Positions 8,731-18,735 of a DNA stretch of 64,000 bases are shown here, piece by piece (position 1 is the first letter of the stretch; each line of letters starts with the position of its first letter). Both the position numbers and the translations under genes were made by a program. Under the pieces are notes generated by a model. That model did no database searches. It was given only the letters and a program-made list of their open reading frames with translations, and was not told the origin of the DNA. Source of the stretch: Thermodesulfobacteriota bacterium (lineage in GTDB: Bacteria > Desulfobacterota > RBG-13-43-22); NCBI GenBank assembly GCA_049520575.1, contig JBEKPQ010000001.1:20333-84332 (forward strand), given 5' to 3'.

Positions 8731-11388
8731 TTAAAAAGATCCCCCTATACTGAATTCTATGGGGTCGTTCTGATCGCCGGGCTTGGGATTAAAATTCCAG
8801 CCAAATTCCAGGCGCAGAGGACCTAGCGGGGAGTACCAACGGATTCCCACCCCCACGCTTTGTCGTAAGGATCCTAAATCAATCGCCTGGTCTTTGGCAA
8901 AAACATTACCGGCATCAAAGAACACAAGTCCCTTGACCCCGATCTTTGGAATCAAGGGAAATACATATTCCACATTAAATTGCACCATCTGCTCGCCGCC
9001 GATCGGGTCGTTAGTTCTTGGATCCAAAGGGCTGACGGTGAAAACTCTAAATCCCCGAAGCGAATTGATGCCGCCTAAAAAAAATTTTTCATACAGGGGC
9101 AAATCTCCTCCCCCGGAATTTTGGGTAATATACCCCCCTTTGCCGCCAACAAAAAAAGTGGTGTCCCAAAAAAGGGGGAAATACCAACCTGAAACGGCGA
9201 CATACCTGGTAAAATAATTGGTTCCTCCGAGAGGGCCGCCGGCATATGTCACAGAAACACTATTAACCGAACCCTTGGTGGTATTAAAGATCGAATCCCT
9301 CGTATCCCTTTTAAGGGTTAAAGTAACACTGCTGGTTTGATGTTCGCCGGCCATATCCTTGATAACCTGAGCGGCGTCATCATGAACCTGAGACACGTTG
9401 GCGTCCTCGTAAGCATAGGTAAGAAACGCCCTGGTGTATTCTATCGGGATAGGATAGCCGAAAGTCAACGATCCTCCGACACTGTCTTTCTCATATTGAT
9501 CATAGAGATAGATCCATTTATAAATACTGCTATCACATGAAATTTGGGTATCAAATAGGTAGGGCTGGAAATAACTCAGTTTATAAAGGGTGGTCACGGC
9601 CCCGAGTTGGGCATCCAGGCTTAAACGGTTTCCGGTCCCAAAAAGATTTCTTTCAGAAATCTGCCCCATAAGCAAAACCTGTTCCACGGCACTGTATCCC
9701 GCCCCCACGGAAAAGGAGCCGGTCATCTTTTCCTTGACTTCCACCTTCAATTTCATGCGATCTTCCTGGCTGCCCGGAGAAGTCGAAAGATTGATCTCTT
9801 CGAAAAAATCCAGACGGTGCAGGTTTTCATTGCTTTTCCTGAGGGCCTTGGGATCAAAAAGGTCTTTTTCTGACACCTTGAATTCCCTTCGAATGACTTT
9901 ATCCCTGGTTTTTACGTTCCCGACAATGTCAATGTGTTCGAAATAAACCTTGGACCCTTTTTTGATATCATAAACGAGATCAACCTTGAGACCGGACGGA
10001 TCTTCCTTGATTTGAGGGTTGATTTCGACAAAGGCATACCCTTCATAGGCATAAAGATCATTAAACATCAAAATATCCTTGCGGATTACCTCTCGATTAT
10101 AAAATTTTTCTTTGGTAATGGCTAAGGAGGCCATTAATTTGTCTTGAGGTTGAATCAAATCCCCGCTGACGCTCACCTGACCCATTTGATAGGGCTGCCC
10201 TTCCTCGATAGGGATGGTTAAATACAACCAGTTTCCTTCGTGCCGGACGGAAGGTTCCCCCACTTTGGCCTTTAAGTATCCATGGTTGTAATAAAAGGAA
10301 GATAATTTTTCCAGGTCCTGTTCCAGCAGCTCCTTTTTATAAACACCGGAGGATGTGATCCAGGAAAAAATCCCCTTCTCATTGGTTTCCATGAGGGCTT
10401 TCAGTTTTTTTTCAGAAAAATTTTTGTTCCCCTGGAAGGCAATAGTTTTGATATAGACTTTTTTCCCTTCCACGATAGTATAGACGATTACAGCACCTTG
10501 CCCTTTTTCCTCGTAAGTAACCGAATAAGTAATCTGGACATTATAATATCCTTTTGACTGGTAATAGGCCGTCAGCTTCTCCAAAGTTTCACTAACTGTG
10601 TTTAAATTTAAAATAGTATAAGGCTTGATGGTCAGCTGCTCTTTGAGGTCGTTCTCTTTGATTTCTTTGTATCCTTTGAAATCGATCCTTTTAACAAAAG
10701 GACGTTCCTCAACCACAAAGGTGATCGCTTTTCCCTGTGGGGTTTGATTCACCTCCAATTTTACATCGGAAAAATAACCCATTTTGAAAATGGCCCGAAG
10801 GTCCTGATCCAGGAGTTCCGGCGTATAGGCCTCACCGATTTTTGATTTGAGTTCTTTCTCTATGGCTTGGGCCTCAATCCTTTGATTCCCCTTAATGGAG
10901 ATCCCGGCAATCTTTTCCTGACCCAAAATCCTTAACCCTAATTCTTTTGAAAATCTCTCCATTAACTTCAGAATATTTTCCAATCCTTCTTCCGTCAAGG
11001 AAAAGGTCAGAGGGGGTTTTTCGCTCTTAATCTCCAGGAGATTTCCGTTCAGGGTCAGTCGTTGACCGATCTTGGTCAGGCTGCCATAGATCAGGAAATC
11101 CGCTTCCAGTTGTTTTCCTATGGCTCGCAGTTCTTGCCGGTCACTGGGGATCTTTTTGGTCAGCCAAGGTTGGGTTTTGGAAAGGGACAGGACGGGGATA
11201 TCTTGTTGGCTTAATCCGTTGGAAAGGGCCTCCAAAATATTTTGTTGCAGATAGTCCAAGTTGATCTGGCTGTATAGGGTAAAAGGCATCAGGGCCACTG
11301 TGCCCCCTGAAGCAGCCTGGACGTTTGGCCTATTCAGAAACTGAATCATTGAAAAAACCATCAAGATGAAAATGATTTTCTTCGGCAT
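8731..11388 (-). CDS. bamA: Outer membrane protein assembly factor BamA with N-terminal extension
   Basis: POTRA repeats (GN.KT.DKVIRRE), LRGF, FFDAGNV, YSPLGPLR, C-terminal F. Confidence 0.95.
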   Translation of the reverse strand: MPKKIIFILMVFSMIQFLNRPNVQAASGGTVALMPFTLYSQINLDYLQQNILEALSNGLSQQDIPVLSLSKTQPWLTKKIPSDRQELRAIGKQLEADFLIYGSLTKIGQRLTLNGNLLEIKSEKPPLTFSLTEEGLENILKLMERFSKELGLRILGQEKIAGISIKGNQRIEAQAIEKELKSKIGEAYTPELLDQDLRAIFKMGYFSDVKLEVNQTPQGKAITFVVEERPFVKRIDFKGYKEIKENDLKEQLTIKPYTILNLNTVSETLEKLTAYYQSKGYYNVQITYSVTYEEKGQGAVIVYTIVEGKKVYIKTIAFQGNKNFSEKKLKALMETNEKGIFSWITSSGVYKKELLEQDLEKLSSFYYNHGYLKAKVGEPSVRHEGNWLYLTIPIEEGQPYQMGQVSVSGDLIQPQDKLMASLAITKEKFYNREVIRKDILMFNDLYAYEGYAFVEINPQIKEDPSGLKVDLVYDIKKGSKVYFEHIDIVGNVKTRDKVIRREFKVSEKDLFDPKALRKSNENLHRLDFFEEINLSTSPGSQEDRMKLKVEVKEKMTGSFSVGAGYSAVEQVLLMGQISERNLFGTGNRLSLDAQLGAVTTLYKLSYFQPYLFDTQISCDSSIYKWIYLYDQYEKDSVGGSLTFGYPIPIEYTRAFLTYAYEDANVSQVHDDAAQVIKDMAGEHQTSSVTLTLKRDTRDSIFNTTKGSVNSVSVTYAGGPLGGTNYFTRYVAVSGWYFPLFWDTTFFVGGKGGYITQNSGGGDLPLYEKFFLGGINSLRGFRVFTVSPLDPRTNDPIGGEQMVQFNVEYVFPLIPKIGVKGLVFFDAGNVFAKDQAIDLGSLRQSVGVGIRWYSPLGPLRLEFGWNFNPKPGDQNDPIEFSIGGSF

Positions 11389-11438
11389 AGGAGATTCCCT
11401 ATAGATCCTTTCATTAGAGATATTTCCAACAGCTTTAG

Positions 11439-12128
11439 CTAGTTAATAGCCATTTCTATGGCCTTACCGTCCACGATTTCCACATTTCTTTTGAATCGCC
11501 TGGACAACTCCTGATTATGGGTGACCATTAAAAAAGTCACCCCTTTTTCCTGGTTTAATTGATTGAACAGTTCGATGATCTGTGTCCCGGTTTTTCGATC
11601 CAGATTTCCCGTCGGTTCATCGGCCAGGATCAGTTGGGGTGACCGGATCAAGGACCGGGCAATGGCCACCCGTTGCTGTTCCCCGCCTGAAAGCTCTCCG
11701 ATCCGATGGAATAAACGCTCTTTCAGCCCCACTTGGGTCAGAATTTCTTCGGCTCTTTCCCGCGCTTCCGGTTTGCTTTCTCCGGCGATCAATTGAGGCA
11801 TCATGGTGTTTTCCAGGGCCGTGAATTCCGGCAGTAAATGATGAAACTGGAAAACAAAACCGATTTTCTGATTGCGGAATCGGGCCTGATCCTTTTCAGA
11901 TTGTTCAAAGATATTCTGTCCTTCAAACAGGACCTGCCCTCCGGATGGTCGGTCCAGGGTACCCATGATATGTAATAAAGTGGATTTCCCGGTTCCCGAG
12001 GCCCCTACCACAGCCAGGGTATCCAGGCTGTGAAGCTCAAGATCAAGACCTTTAAGCACCTCCACGCGATGCTGGTTGTTAATAAAATATTTTTCTAAAT
12101 TCTTGATGGTGATTAACGGTTGAGTCAT
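11439..12128 (-). CDS. lolD: Lipoprotein release ABC ATPase LolD
   Basis: [47 protein letters not shown]. Confidence 0.93.
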   Translation of the reverse strand: MTQPLITIKNLEKYFINNQHRVEVLKGLDLELHSLDTLAVVGASGTGKSTLLHIMGTLDRPSGGQVLFEGQNIFEQSEKDQARFRNQKIGFVFQFHHLLPEFTALENTMMPQLIAGESKPEARERAEEILTQVGLKERLFHRIGELSGGEQQRVAIARSLIRSPQLILADEPTGNLDRKTGTQIIELFNQLNQEKGVTFLMVTHNQELSRRFKRNVEIVDGKAIEMAIN

Positions 12129-12136
12129 AGACTTTC

Positions 12137-13384
12137 TTATTCATACCTTATGGCTTCGGCCGGATCAAGACGGGAGGCCTGCCAGGCCGGATACAGGGTG
12201 GCCAGCAAACAGATCCCCAAAGCGGAAGCCACAATCATCAATATATCCCACCCCTTCATCAACACCGGCAGGGAGGAGATATAATAAACGTCACTGGGTA
12301 ATTTGATAAACTGGTATTTTTCAAGAATCCGGCACAGACCCACGCCGCCCAGGAGCCCAAGGGCCGTGCCCACTGTTCCGATAATCATCCCTTCCAGCAT
12401 AAAGATCTTCATGATGCTTCCGGCCGTTGCCCCCATGGATTTGAGAATGGCGATATCCTTGGTTTTTTCCATGACCACCATGATCAAAGAGGCCACGATA
12501 TTAAAAGCCGCCACCAGGATAATCAGGGTCAGGATGATAAACATGACCAGTTTTTCCAATTTCAAAGCGGAGAACAGGTTTTTGTTCATCCGCATCCAAT
12601 CTTTGGTCCAAAAGGGAAAGCCCAGTTTAGACTGAATGGCCCGGGCAATTTCAGCCGCCTTATAGACATCCTGGGTTTTGACTTCCAGGCCGGTCACTTT
12701 ACTGCCCAGTCCTAAAAAAGACTGGGCCTGAGCAAGAGAAACAAAGGCTATGGTGGAATCGTATTCAAACATCCCCGATTCAAAAACCCCCACCAGCCTG
12801 AAAGGTCTCATCTTGGGGATTCTCCCCAAGGGGGTTGTTTCCCCTAAGGGGGAAATGATGGACAAAGAGTCGTTTAAAGAAAGGCCCAAGCTTCTGGCCA
12901 ACTCCTGGCCTAAAATGATCCTCCCCGATTCTTGACCTTTTTGCCCTTCGGTCAGAGAAGGGTCTTCCAGGGCCTTCCAGGACCCTTTCTTTAATATGCG
13001 ATCCAGGGAAATCACCTTTGGAGCGCTTCGGATGTCAATCCCTTGAAGAACGGCCCCGGTCACCTGACTCCCGGTGCTTACCATGACCTGGGTCAGAATG
13101 AATGGCGTGGCTGCGGTTACCCCGGGGACCGATTCCACCCGCTGGGCCACCTGAGTATAATTTTCTAAGGCATTATCCCAGCTTAAAACCTTGACATGGG
13201 AATTCAGTCCCAGGATTTTATTTTTCAAGTCATTTTCAAAACCGCTCATTACCGCTATAACAACAATCAGGGCCATAACCCCCAGAGCGACTCCGCCTAT
13301 GGAGATAAAAGTGATGATGGAAATAAAGGTCTGTTTCCTTTTGGCCTTGAGATAGCGTGAACTGACAAATAATTCAAAAGACAT
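12137..13384 (-). CDS. lolE: Lipoprotein release permease LolC/LolE
   Basis: RYLKAKRK, AVMSGF, LFSALKLEK, DIAILKSMGA, YPAW.AS..DPAE..RYE. Confidence 0.92.
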   Translation of the reverse strand: MSFELFVSSRYLKAKRKQTFISIITFISIGGVALGVMALIVVIAVMSGFENDLKNKILGLNSHVKVLSWDNALENYTQVAQRVESVPGVTAATPFILTQVMVSTGSQVTGAVLQGIDIRSAPKVISLDRILKKGSWKALEDPSLTEGQKGQESGRIILGQELARSLGLSLNDSLSIISPLGETTPLGRIPKMRPFRLVGVFESGMFEYDSTIAFVSLAQAQSFLGLGSKVTGLEVKTQDVYKAAEIARAIQSKLGFPFWTKDWMRMNKNLFSALKLEKLVMFIILTLIILVAAFNIVASLIMVVMEKTKDIAILKSMGATAGSIMKIFMLEGMIIGTVGTALGLLGGVGLCRILEKYQFIKLPSDVYYISSLPVLMKGWDILMIVASALGICLLATLYPAWQASRLDPAEAIRYE

Positions 13385-13462
13385 AATTTGATTCTTATAT
13401 CTTGGATTCTGTGAATCTCTCTCTCACCATTCCACAAATAAATCTTTTTTTCTGCCGTGCTT

Positions 13463-13548
13463 TGAATTCAGGAGTCAGAATTCAGAATAACGGCCTGAAA
13501 TATTTTTATGGATTATCCTCATTCTGTCTCCTGACTTCTGTATTCCAA
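13463..13548. repeat. Inverted 7-mer array (ATTCAGA / TTCTG.C arms)
   Basis: gaattcaggagtcagaattcagaa ... attctgtctcctgacttctgtattc between lysS and lolE. Confidence 0.7.
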
Positions 13549-13566
13549 AATTTCAAATATCTTGGT

Positions 13567-15051
13567 TTAGACCTTCTCCGGTTTCAATAGAGGAAACAAA
13601 ATCACCTCCCGAATAGAGGGGGCATCGGTGAAAAGCATGACCAGGCGATCAATACCGATCCCTTCCCCGGCCGTCGGCGGCAAGCCGTATTCCAAGGCCG
13701 TTAAATAATCCCAATCAATATCTTGGGCTTCTTCATCGCCGGCCTCTTTGGCCTTCATCTGATTAAGGAACCTTTCTTTTTGATCCAAAGGGTCATTAAG
13801 CTCCGTAAAACCATTGGCCATCTCACGCCCACAGAGAAACAACTCAAAGCGATCAGTCAATTCCGGGTCTTCTATATTCCTCTTAGCCAAAGGGGATACT
13901 TCTATGGGATAGCCGGTGATAAAAGTCGGCTGCCGCAATTTCGGTTCCACCACTTGTTCAAAAATCTTGGTCAGGGCCTTTCCTTTACCGTCAACGGATT
14001 TTAAATCGGCCCCCAGGGATCGAGCCATGTCAATAGCTCGCTTGGGATCTTCTAAGACATCGGGTTCTATATTTCCCAAATCGACCAGAGACTGCAAAAA
14101 AGGAATGCGTCGCCAGGGAGGTTTTAAATCAACAGACTCCTCCTGGTAGATTAAGGTTAAACTTTTTTTAAGATTTTGGGCCAAGAAAGAAAACATTTCT
14201 TCAGTTAAGACCATTAAATCCTGGTAGTCGGCGTAAGCCTGATAGAATTCGATCATGGTGAATTCCGGGTTATGTTGTATGGAGATCCCTTCATTTCTAA
14301 AATTCCGATTGATCTCAAAAACCTTGTCCATCCCTCCAATAACCAGACGCTTCAAATAGAGTTCCGGGGCGATTCTTAAAAAAAGAGGAAGGGTTAAGGC
14401 ATTATGAAAAGTCTCAAAAGGTTTGGCCGAAGCCCCGCCAGGGATGGGCTGCATCATAGGGGTCTCGACCTCTAAAAACCCTCTTTCAATCATAAATCCC
14501 CGGATCAAATGAATCATTCGGGAACGAATCTGAAAAATTTCCCGAACCTTGGAATTAACCAGCAGGTCCAGGTAACGCTGGCGATATCGTTGTTCCACGT
14601 CTATCAGGCCGTGAAATTTTTCCGGCAAGGAGCGTAAAGATTTAGACAATAATTGAATTTTTTTTACTAAAAGGGTCAGCTCTCCGGTTTTAGTTCTGAA
14701 AAGACTGCCCTCAAGACCCAGGAAATCTCCCAGATCGATTTTTTTAAACAGGAGGAACTGTTCCTCTCCGATCAGGTCTTTTTTCAGATACCCCTGGAGA
14801 CGTCCCGTCCCGTCTTGGATATGGAAAAAGACGCTTTTCCCAAAGTCCCGTTGGGTCATTAATCTCCCCGCAGTCAGGATGGTTGGTGCCTTTTCATCAG
14901 GATTCGCTCCCTCCAGGGAACCAAACTGGGCATGAATTTCTTCGATCTTATGGCTGATTCGGTTGAAACTGGGATAAGGGTCAATGCCGAGTATTTTCAG
15001 CTCATCCGTTTTTTTCAACCGCTGTTGCCTTAACTGGTTTTCTTCATCCAT
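13567..15051 (-). CDS. lysS: Lysine--tRNA ligase (class II)
   Basis: RYRQRYLDL, LRIAPELYLKRL, FRNEG..HNPEFT, YGLPPTAGEGIGIDRL. Confidence 0.97.
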   Translation of the reverse strand: MDEENQLRQQRLKKTDELKILGIDPYPSFNRISHKIEEIHAQFGSLEGANPDEKAPTILTAGRLMTQRDFGKSVFFHIQDGTGRLQGYLKKDLIGEEQFLLFKKIDLGDFLGLEGSLFRTKTGELTLLVKKIQLLSKSLRSLPEKFHGLIDVEQRYRQRYLDLLVNSKVREIFQIRSRMIHLIRGFMIERGFLEVETPMMQPIPGGASAKPFETFHNALTLPLFLRIAPELYLKRLVIGGMDKVFEINRNFRNEGISIQHNPEFTMIEFYQAYADYQDLMVLTEEMFSFLAQNLKKSLTLIYQEESVDLKPPWRRIPFLQSLVDLGNIEPDVLEDPKRAIDMARSLGADLKSVDGKGKALTKIFEQVVEPKLRQPTFITGYPIEVSPLAKRNIEDPELTDRFELFLCGREMANGFTELNDPLDQKERFLNQMKAKEAGDEEAQDIDWDYLTALEYGLPPTAGEGIGIDRLVMLFTDAPSIREVILFPLLKPEKV

Positions 15052-15186
15052 TGACTAAGCCCTATAAATTCGTTACTATCATCCAAAAATCAGGGGATAA
15101 GAAAATAAATGTTAAATATTAAATTGTTTTATATAATTAGTCAAGGGTAAACCCCTGAAAATTTTTGAGGGAATGAACAACCGCCC

Positions 15187-16356
15187 ATGGATCTTAAAAT
15201 CTTATTCCTGTTGAGTTTGACCCACCTGATTACTGATATCAATCAAGGGGCCGTCCCCGCCCTCCTGCCTTTTATGAAAGAATCTTTGGGCCTATCTTAC
15301 ACCGCTGCGGGGATGGTACTTTTGGCCTCAAATCTGACTTCTTCGATTATTCAGCCGATATTCGGTTTTTTTTCGGACCGTCGACCCAAAGTCTGGTTGA
15401 TTCCCATGGGGGTTTTGGTGGCCGGATTGGGCATCGGTCTCTCCGGCTTATCTCCGAACTATGGGGTCCTTCTTTTATTGGTCGTTCTGGGAGGTTTAGG
15501 GGTGGCTGCTTTTCATCCAGAAGGATTTAAAACCGCCCATTTTTTTATCGGCCAAAAGAAGGCCTCGGGAATGTCCATATTTTCCGTTGGAGGAAATCTG
15601 GGATTTGCTTTAGGGCCTTTTACACTTGCCCTTGTGGTTACCCATTTTTCCCTGGCTGGAACCCTTTTTTATTGCTTACCGGGCTTCTTCATGGCCTGTT
15701 TCCTCCTCTTCCTTTTGCCGGCCTTACGCTATCCTGCCCCTATGGAGCAAAAAGAGACCGCCTCCATCAACCCAAAATCCATCGCCTCTTACGGTACATT
15801 GACCCTACTGATCCTGATTGTCACCATGAGATCTTGGATACAAATGGGACTGGTAACCTTTATTCCTTTTTATTATATCAATTACTTAAAAGGAGATCCC
15901 TTGCTGGCCGGCAAGATGGTTACCACTTTTCTGATCTCAGGAACTATAGGAACCCTTTTGGGAGCCCGCCTGGCTGACCGATGGGGGCACAAGTTCTTCC
16001 TAACCTTGACCATGCTCCTGATGATTCCCCTCCTTATCCTCTTTCTCCAAGTCCAAGGATGGGGGGCCTTTGTCGTCCTGGCCCTTTCGGGATTTGTTTT
16101 GATCGCCAGTTTTTCCGTCACGGTGGTCATGGCCCAGGATCTTTTGCCCGGCAAGCTGGGGATGGCCTCGGGTCTGATGGTCGGGTTTGCCATCGGGACC
16201 GGTGGCATGGGGGTAACACTGCTGGGCCTGGTGGCCGACACCTGGGGAGTACCGACAGCCTTGAAAACCATTACGGTCCTGCCCATTATGGGTTTCTTAC
16301 TCTGCTTATTTTTAACCTCCGCTTCTTTTCAGCGGTCTAAAGGGTCGCCGGGGTAA
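15187..16356 (+). CDS. MFS transporter, Fsr (fosmidomycin resistance) family
   Basis: H.ITD..QG..PALLP, QPIFG..SDR, AAFHPEG, FSVGGNLG; many hydrophobic helices. Confidence 0.88.
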   Translation: MDLKILFLLSLTHLITDINQGAVPALLPFMKESLGLSYTAAGMVLLASNLTSSIIQPIFGFFSDRRPKVWLIPMGVLVAGLGIGLSGLSPNYGVLLLLVVLGGLGVAAFHPEGFKTAHFFIGQKKASGMSIFSVGGNLGFALGPFTLALVVTHFSLAGTLFYCLPGFFMACFLLFLLPALRYPAPMEQKETASINPKSIASYGTLTLLILIVTMRSWIQMGLVTFIPFYYINYLKGDPLLAGKMVTTFLISGTIGTLLGARLADRWGHKFFLTLTMLLMIPLLILFLQVQGWGAFVVLALSGFVLIASFSVTVVMAQDLLPGKLGMASGLMVGFAIGTGGMGVTLLGLVADTWGVPTALKTITVLPIMGFLLCLFLTSASFQRSKGSPG

Positions 16357-16443
16357 TTCTTTTTAAGGTCAACAATCATGGAAGGCGGGACGCTCTTTAA
16401 TAATTTAATTGACATTGTAGTCTGATGATTTTAATAAAGAAAT

Positions 16444-16656
16444 ATGCCCAGAACAGCACGACTTGAAGCTCCCGGCATTCTGCACCATGTTATGATTCGG
16501 GGAATAGAACGCAGGAAGAAATTCCGTAACGATAAAGACCGTGAAAATTTTATCGAACGACTTGAGACTCTATGTACTGGAACGCAGACAACCTGTTATG
16601 CGTGGGCGTTCATGTCTAATCACGCATATTTTCTTTTTCGTAAAGGAGAAGATTGA
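16444..16656 (+). mobile_element. Truncated RAYT / IS200-like HUH tyrosine transposase (N-terminal part only)
   Basis: MPRTARL..PG..HHVMIRGIERR..F..DKDR..F..RL...CYAWAFMSNH is the RAYT N-terminus; the HUH is degenerate (NHAY) and the ORF stops at 70 aa, before the catalytic Tyr. Confidence 0.85.
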
Positions 16657-17051
16657 TGAAATCAAAAGTTTCTTTCTTGCTAGTCTTTGGGTTGCTTTTG
16701 GTCTTGCTTGTGGGATGTGGCGGTACTTACGGCGGGACTTCCACTTATTTAACAATTACGGGTGGTACCTGGACCAAGTCTGATAGCCTTTCTACAGGAG
16801 ACGGTACGAATTTGCCGGAACAATTGACTTTCAATGCAAACTCAACCGGAAGTGCCTCGGGAGGTTCCGGTGTCTATGCGACTGCGGACCCCACATTTTG
16901 GTGGGTCTATCAGGGTACCTCGTTATATTTCTACCACAACAGCACATCCACGACGGTACTTTTTTGGCTCACCGCACCTCTGGTCGGTACGGTTGTAAGT
17001 CCTATGCTTTTGACCACTTCTACTGGGGGAACAGCCACCTATACCCGTTAA
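16653..17051 (+). CDS. Hypothetical Thr/Gly/Ser-rich lipoprotein
   Basis: GGAG RBS, signal peptide with lipobox LVGC, beta-strand-like mature part. Confidence 0.7.
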   Translation: MMKSKVSFLLVFGLLLVLLVGCGGTYGGTSTYLTITGGTWTKSDSLSTGDGTNLPEQLTFNANSTGSASGGSGVYATADPTFWWVYQGTSLYFYHNSTSTTVLFWLTAPLVGTVVSPMLLTTSTGGTATYTR

Positions 17052-17078
17052 CCGTGCATAATTAGGAAGAGCTTAAGT

Positions 17079-17125
17079 AAAAGCAGGTAGGATTCGGGTT
17101 TTCGAATCAGTTACTGTTTTTTATT
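17079..17125 (+). terminator. Possible intrinsic terminator
   Basis: gattcg-ggtttt-cgaatc core stem with extended pairing, followed by a T-run. Confidence 0.4.
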
Positions 17126-17332
17126 AGGTTAAGATTTATAGGGCTCGTCTCTCCCTCAGACCCTGCGTATTGATTTAGAAATACCTATCTGAATGGTTGT
17201 TGGGGTCTTGCAACAGCGCATTGAAGAAAATTGCCGAACATCTGGGTTTCCACTATGCTGATAAGAGTCGAGCAATAAAACGGGTGGAGCATGTATGAAA
17301 ATGTATAATTGCAAAACCCGCACCTTTTTCCC

Positions 17333-17535
17333 ATGGCTCAGGATCTTTTACCCGGCAAGCTGGGGGTGGCCTCGGGTTTGATGATCGGGTTTGCCATTGG
17401 GACCGGTGGATTGGGGGTAACCCTGTTGGATCTGGTGGCCGATAAGTGGGGGGTACCGACAACCTTGCAGACCATGACGGTCATGCCCATTACGGTTTTC
17501 TTACTCTGCTTACTTTTCCCTGCCGCCTCTTTTCA
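17333..17535 (+). pseudogene. Diverged duplicate of the 3' end of the Fsr-like MFS gene
   Basis: MAQDLLPGKLG.ASGLM.GFAIGTGG.GVTLL.LVAD.WGVP matches 16129-16331 at nucleotide and protein level. Confidence 0.9.
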
Positions 17536-17804
17536 TCCTTTCGGATCTTCATTAAGGATAAATAAGATTCTTCTCTTTAGAGTGTCAGGCGATATTCGGC
17601 CTTTAATGAGATTGTCTTCTCGTTTCCATTAGCGGTTTTAGGGTTTGAAATTTTATATTCCAGACACCACCTCTAACTATAGCGAGTAACTATCGACAAG
17701 CCTTAAAAAATCCTAACATTTTTTTGACATAAAAGGAGTTATTATGCTAATAATTTAAATCTTATTTTTAAAAGGTTCATCAAAATAAAACATAAGGATA
17801 AGGA

Positions 17805-18659
17805 GTGGCAATCGTGTTTGAGATCTTAGAAAAAGAGGAACTGGCTCAAGGTACTGTTATCAGTAATGTAATCAAGGCCCCATTAATTGCTCGAAAAGCC
17901 AGACCCGGCCAGTTTGTCATCATCCGGGTCAATGAAACTGGGGAACGGATTCCCTTGACGATGGCCGATACGGATCCTCAAAAGGGCACCATTACTTTAA
18001 TTTATCAAGTCGTAGGAAAGTCAACCGCTTTGATGAAGAGCCTTAATCCCGGAGATGCCTTTCAAGATATTTGCGGTCCCTTGGGTCAACCGACCCACAT
18101 CGAAAAATTGGGGACCGTGATCTGTGTGGGGGGAGGAACCGGGGTGGCGGTTTTGCATCCCATCACCAAAGGCATGAAAGAGGCCGGTAACCGGGTGGTG
18201 GCCATCATCGGTGCCAGGACCAAGGACCTGCTTATTCTCGAAGATAAAATGACCCGGGCTTCCCATGAACTTCGGGTTTGTACAGACGATGGATCTTACG
18301 GGCATCCTGGGTTTGTGACCGAGGTCTTAAAAGAATATCTGGATAAAAAAGATCCCATTGCCCTGATAGTGGCCATCGGACCGGTTCCGATGATGAAATT
18401 CACCTGTAAACTGACCGAAGGGTATGGCGTGAAAACCATGGTTAGTTTGAATCCCATCATGGTGGACGGAACCGGGATGTGCGGCTGCTGCCGGGTGACT
18501 GTAGATGGTGTGACCCGTTTTGCCTGTGTCGACGGACCTGAATTTGACGGCCACAAGGTTAATTTTGACGAACTGATCCAAAGACAGCAAGCCTACTTGG
18601 AACAGGAAAAACAGGCCATGGAAAGGTTTGAGAAATCAGGATGTCAGTGTAATCGATAA
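17805..18659 (+). CDS. nfnA: Electron-bifurcating transhydrogenase small subunit NfnA
   Basis: GERIPLT, TDDGS, SLNPIMVDGTGMCGCCRV, CVDGPEF; adjacent GltD-like partner. Confidence 0.88.
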   Translation: MAIVFEILEKEELAQGTVISNVIKAPLIARKARPGQFVIIRVNETGERIPLTMADTDPQKGTITLIYQVVGKSTALMKSLNPGDAFQDICGPLGQPTHIEKLGTVICVGGGTGVAVLHPITKGMKEAGNRVVAIIGARTKDLLILEDKMTRASHELRVCTDDGSYGHPGFVTEVLKEYLDKKDPIALIVAIGPVPMMKFTCKLTEGYGVKTMVSLNPIMVDGTGMCGCCRVTVDGVTRFACVDGPEFDGHKVNFDELIQRQQAYLEQEKQAMERFEKSGCQCNR

Positions 18660-18735
18660 AAGAATTCGGAGTTCCGATTAAGGATTTTTTCACCGAATAA
18701 AAATCCCAACCACGACGGATTAAGGAGAGACATCA

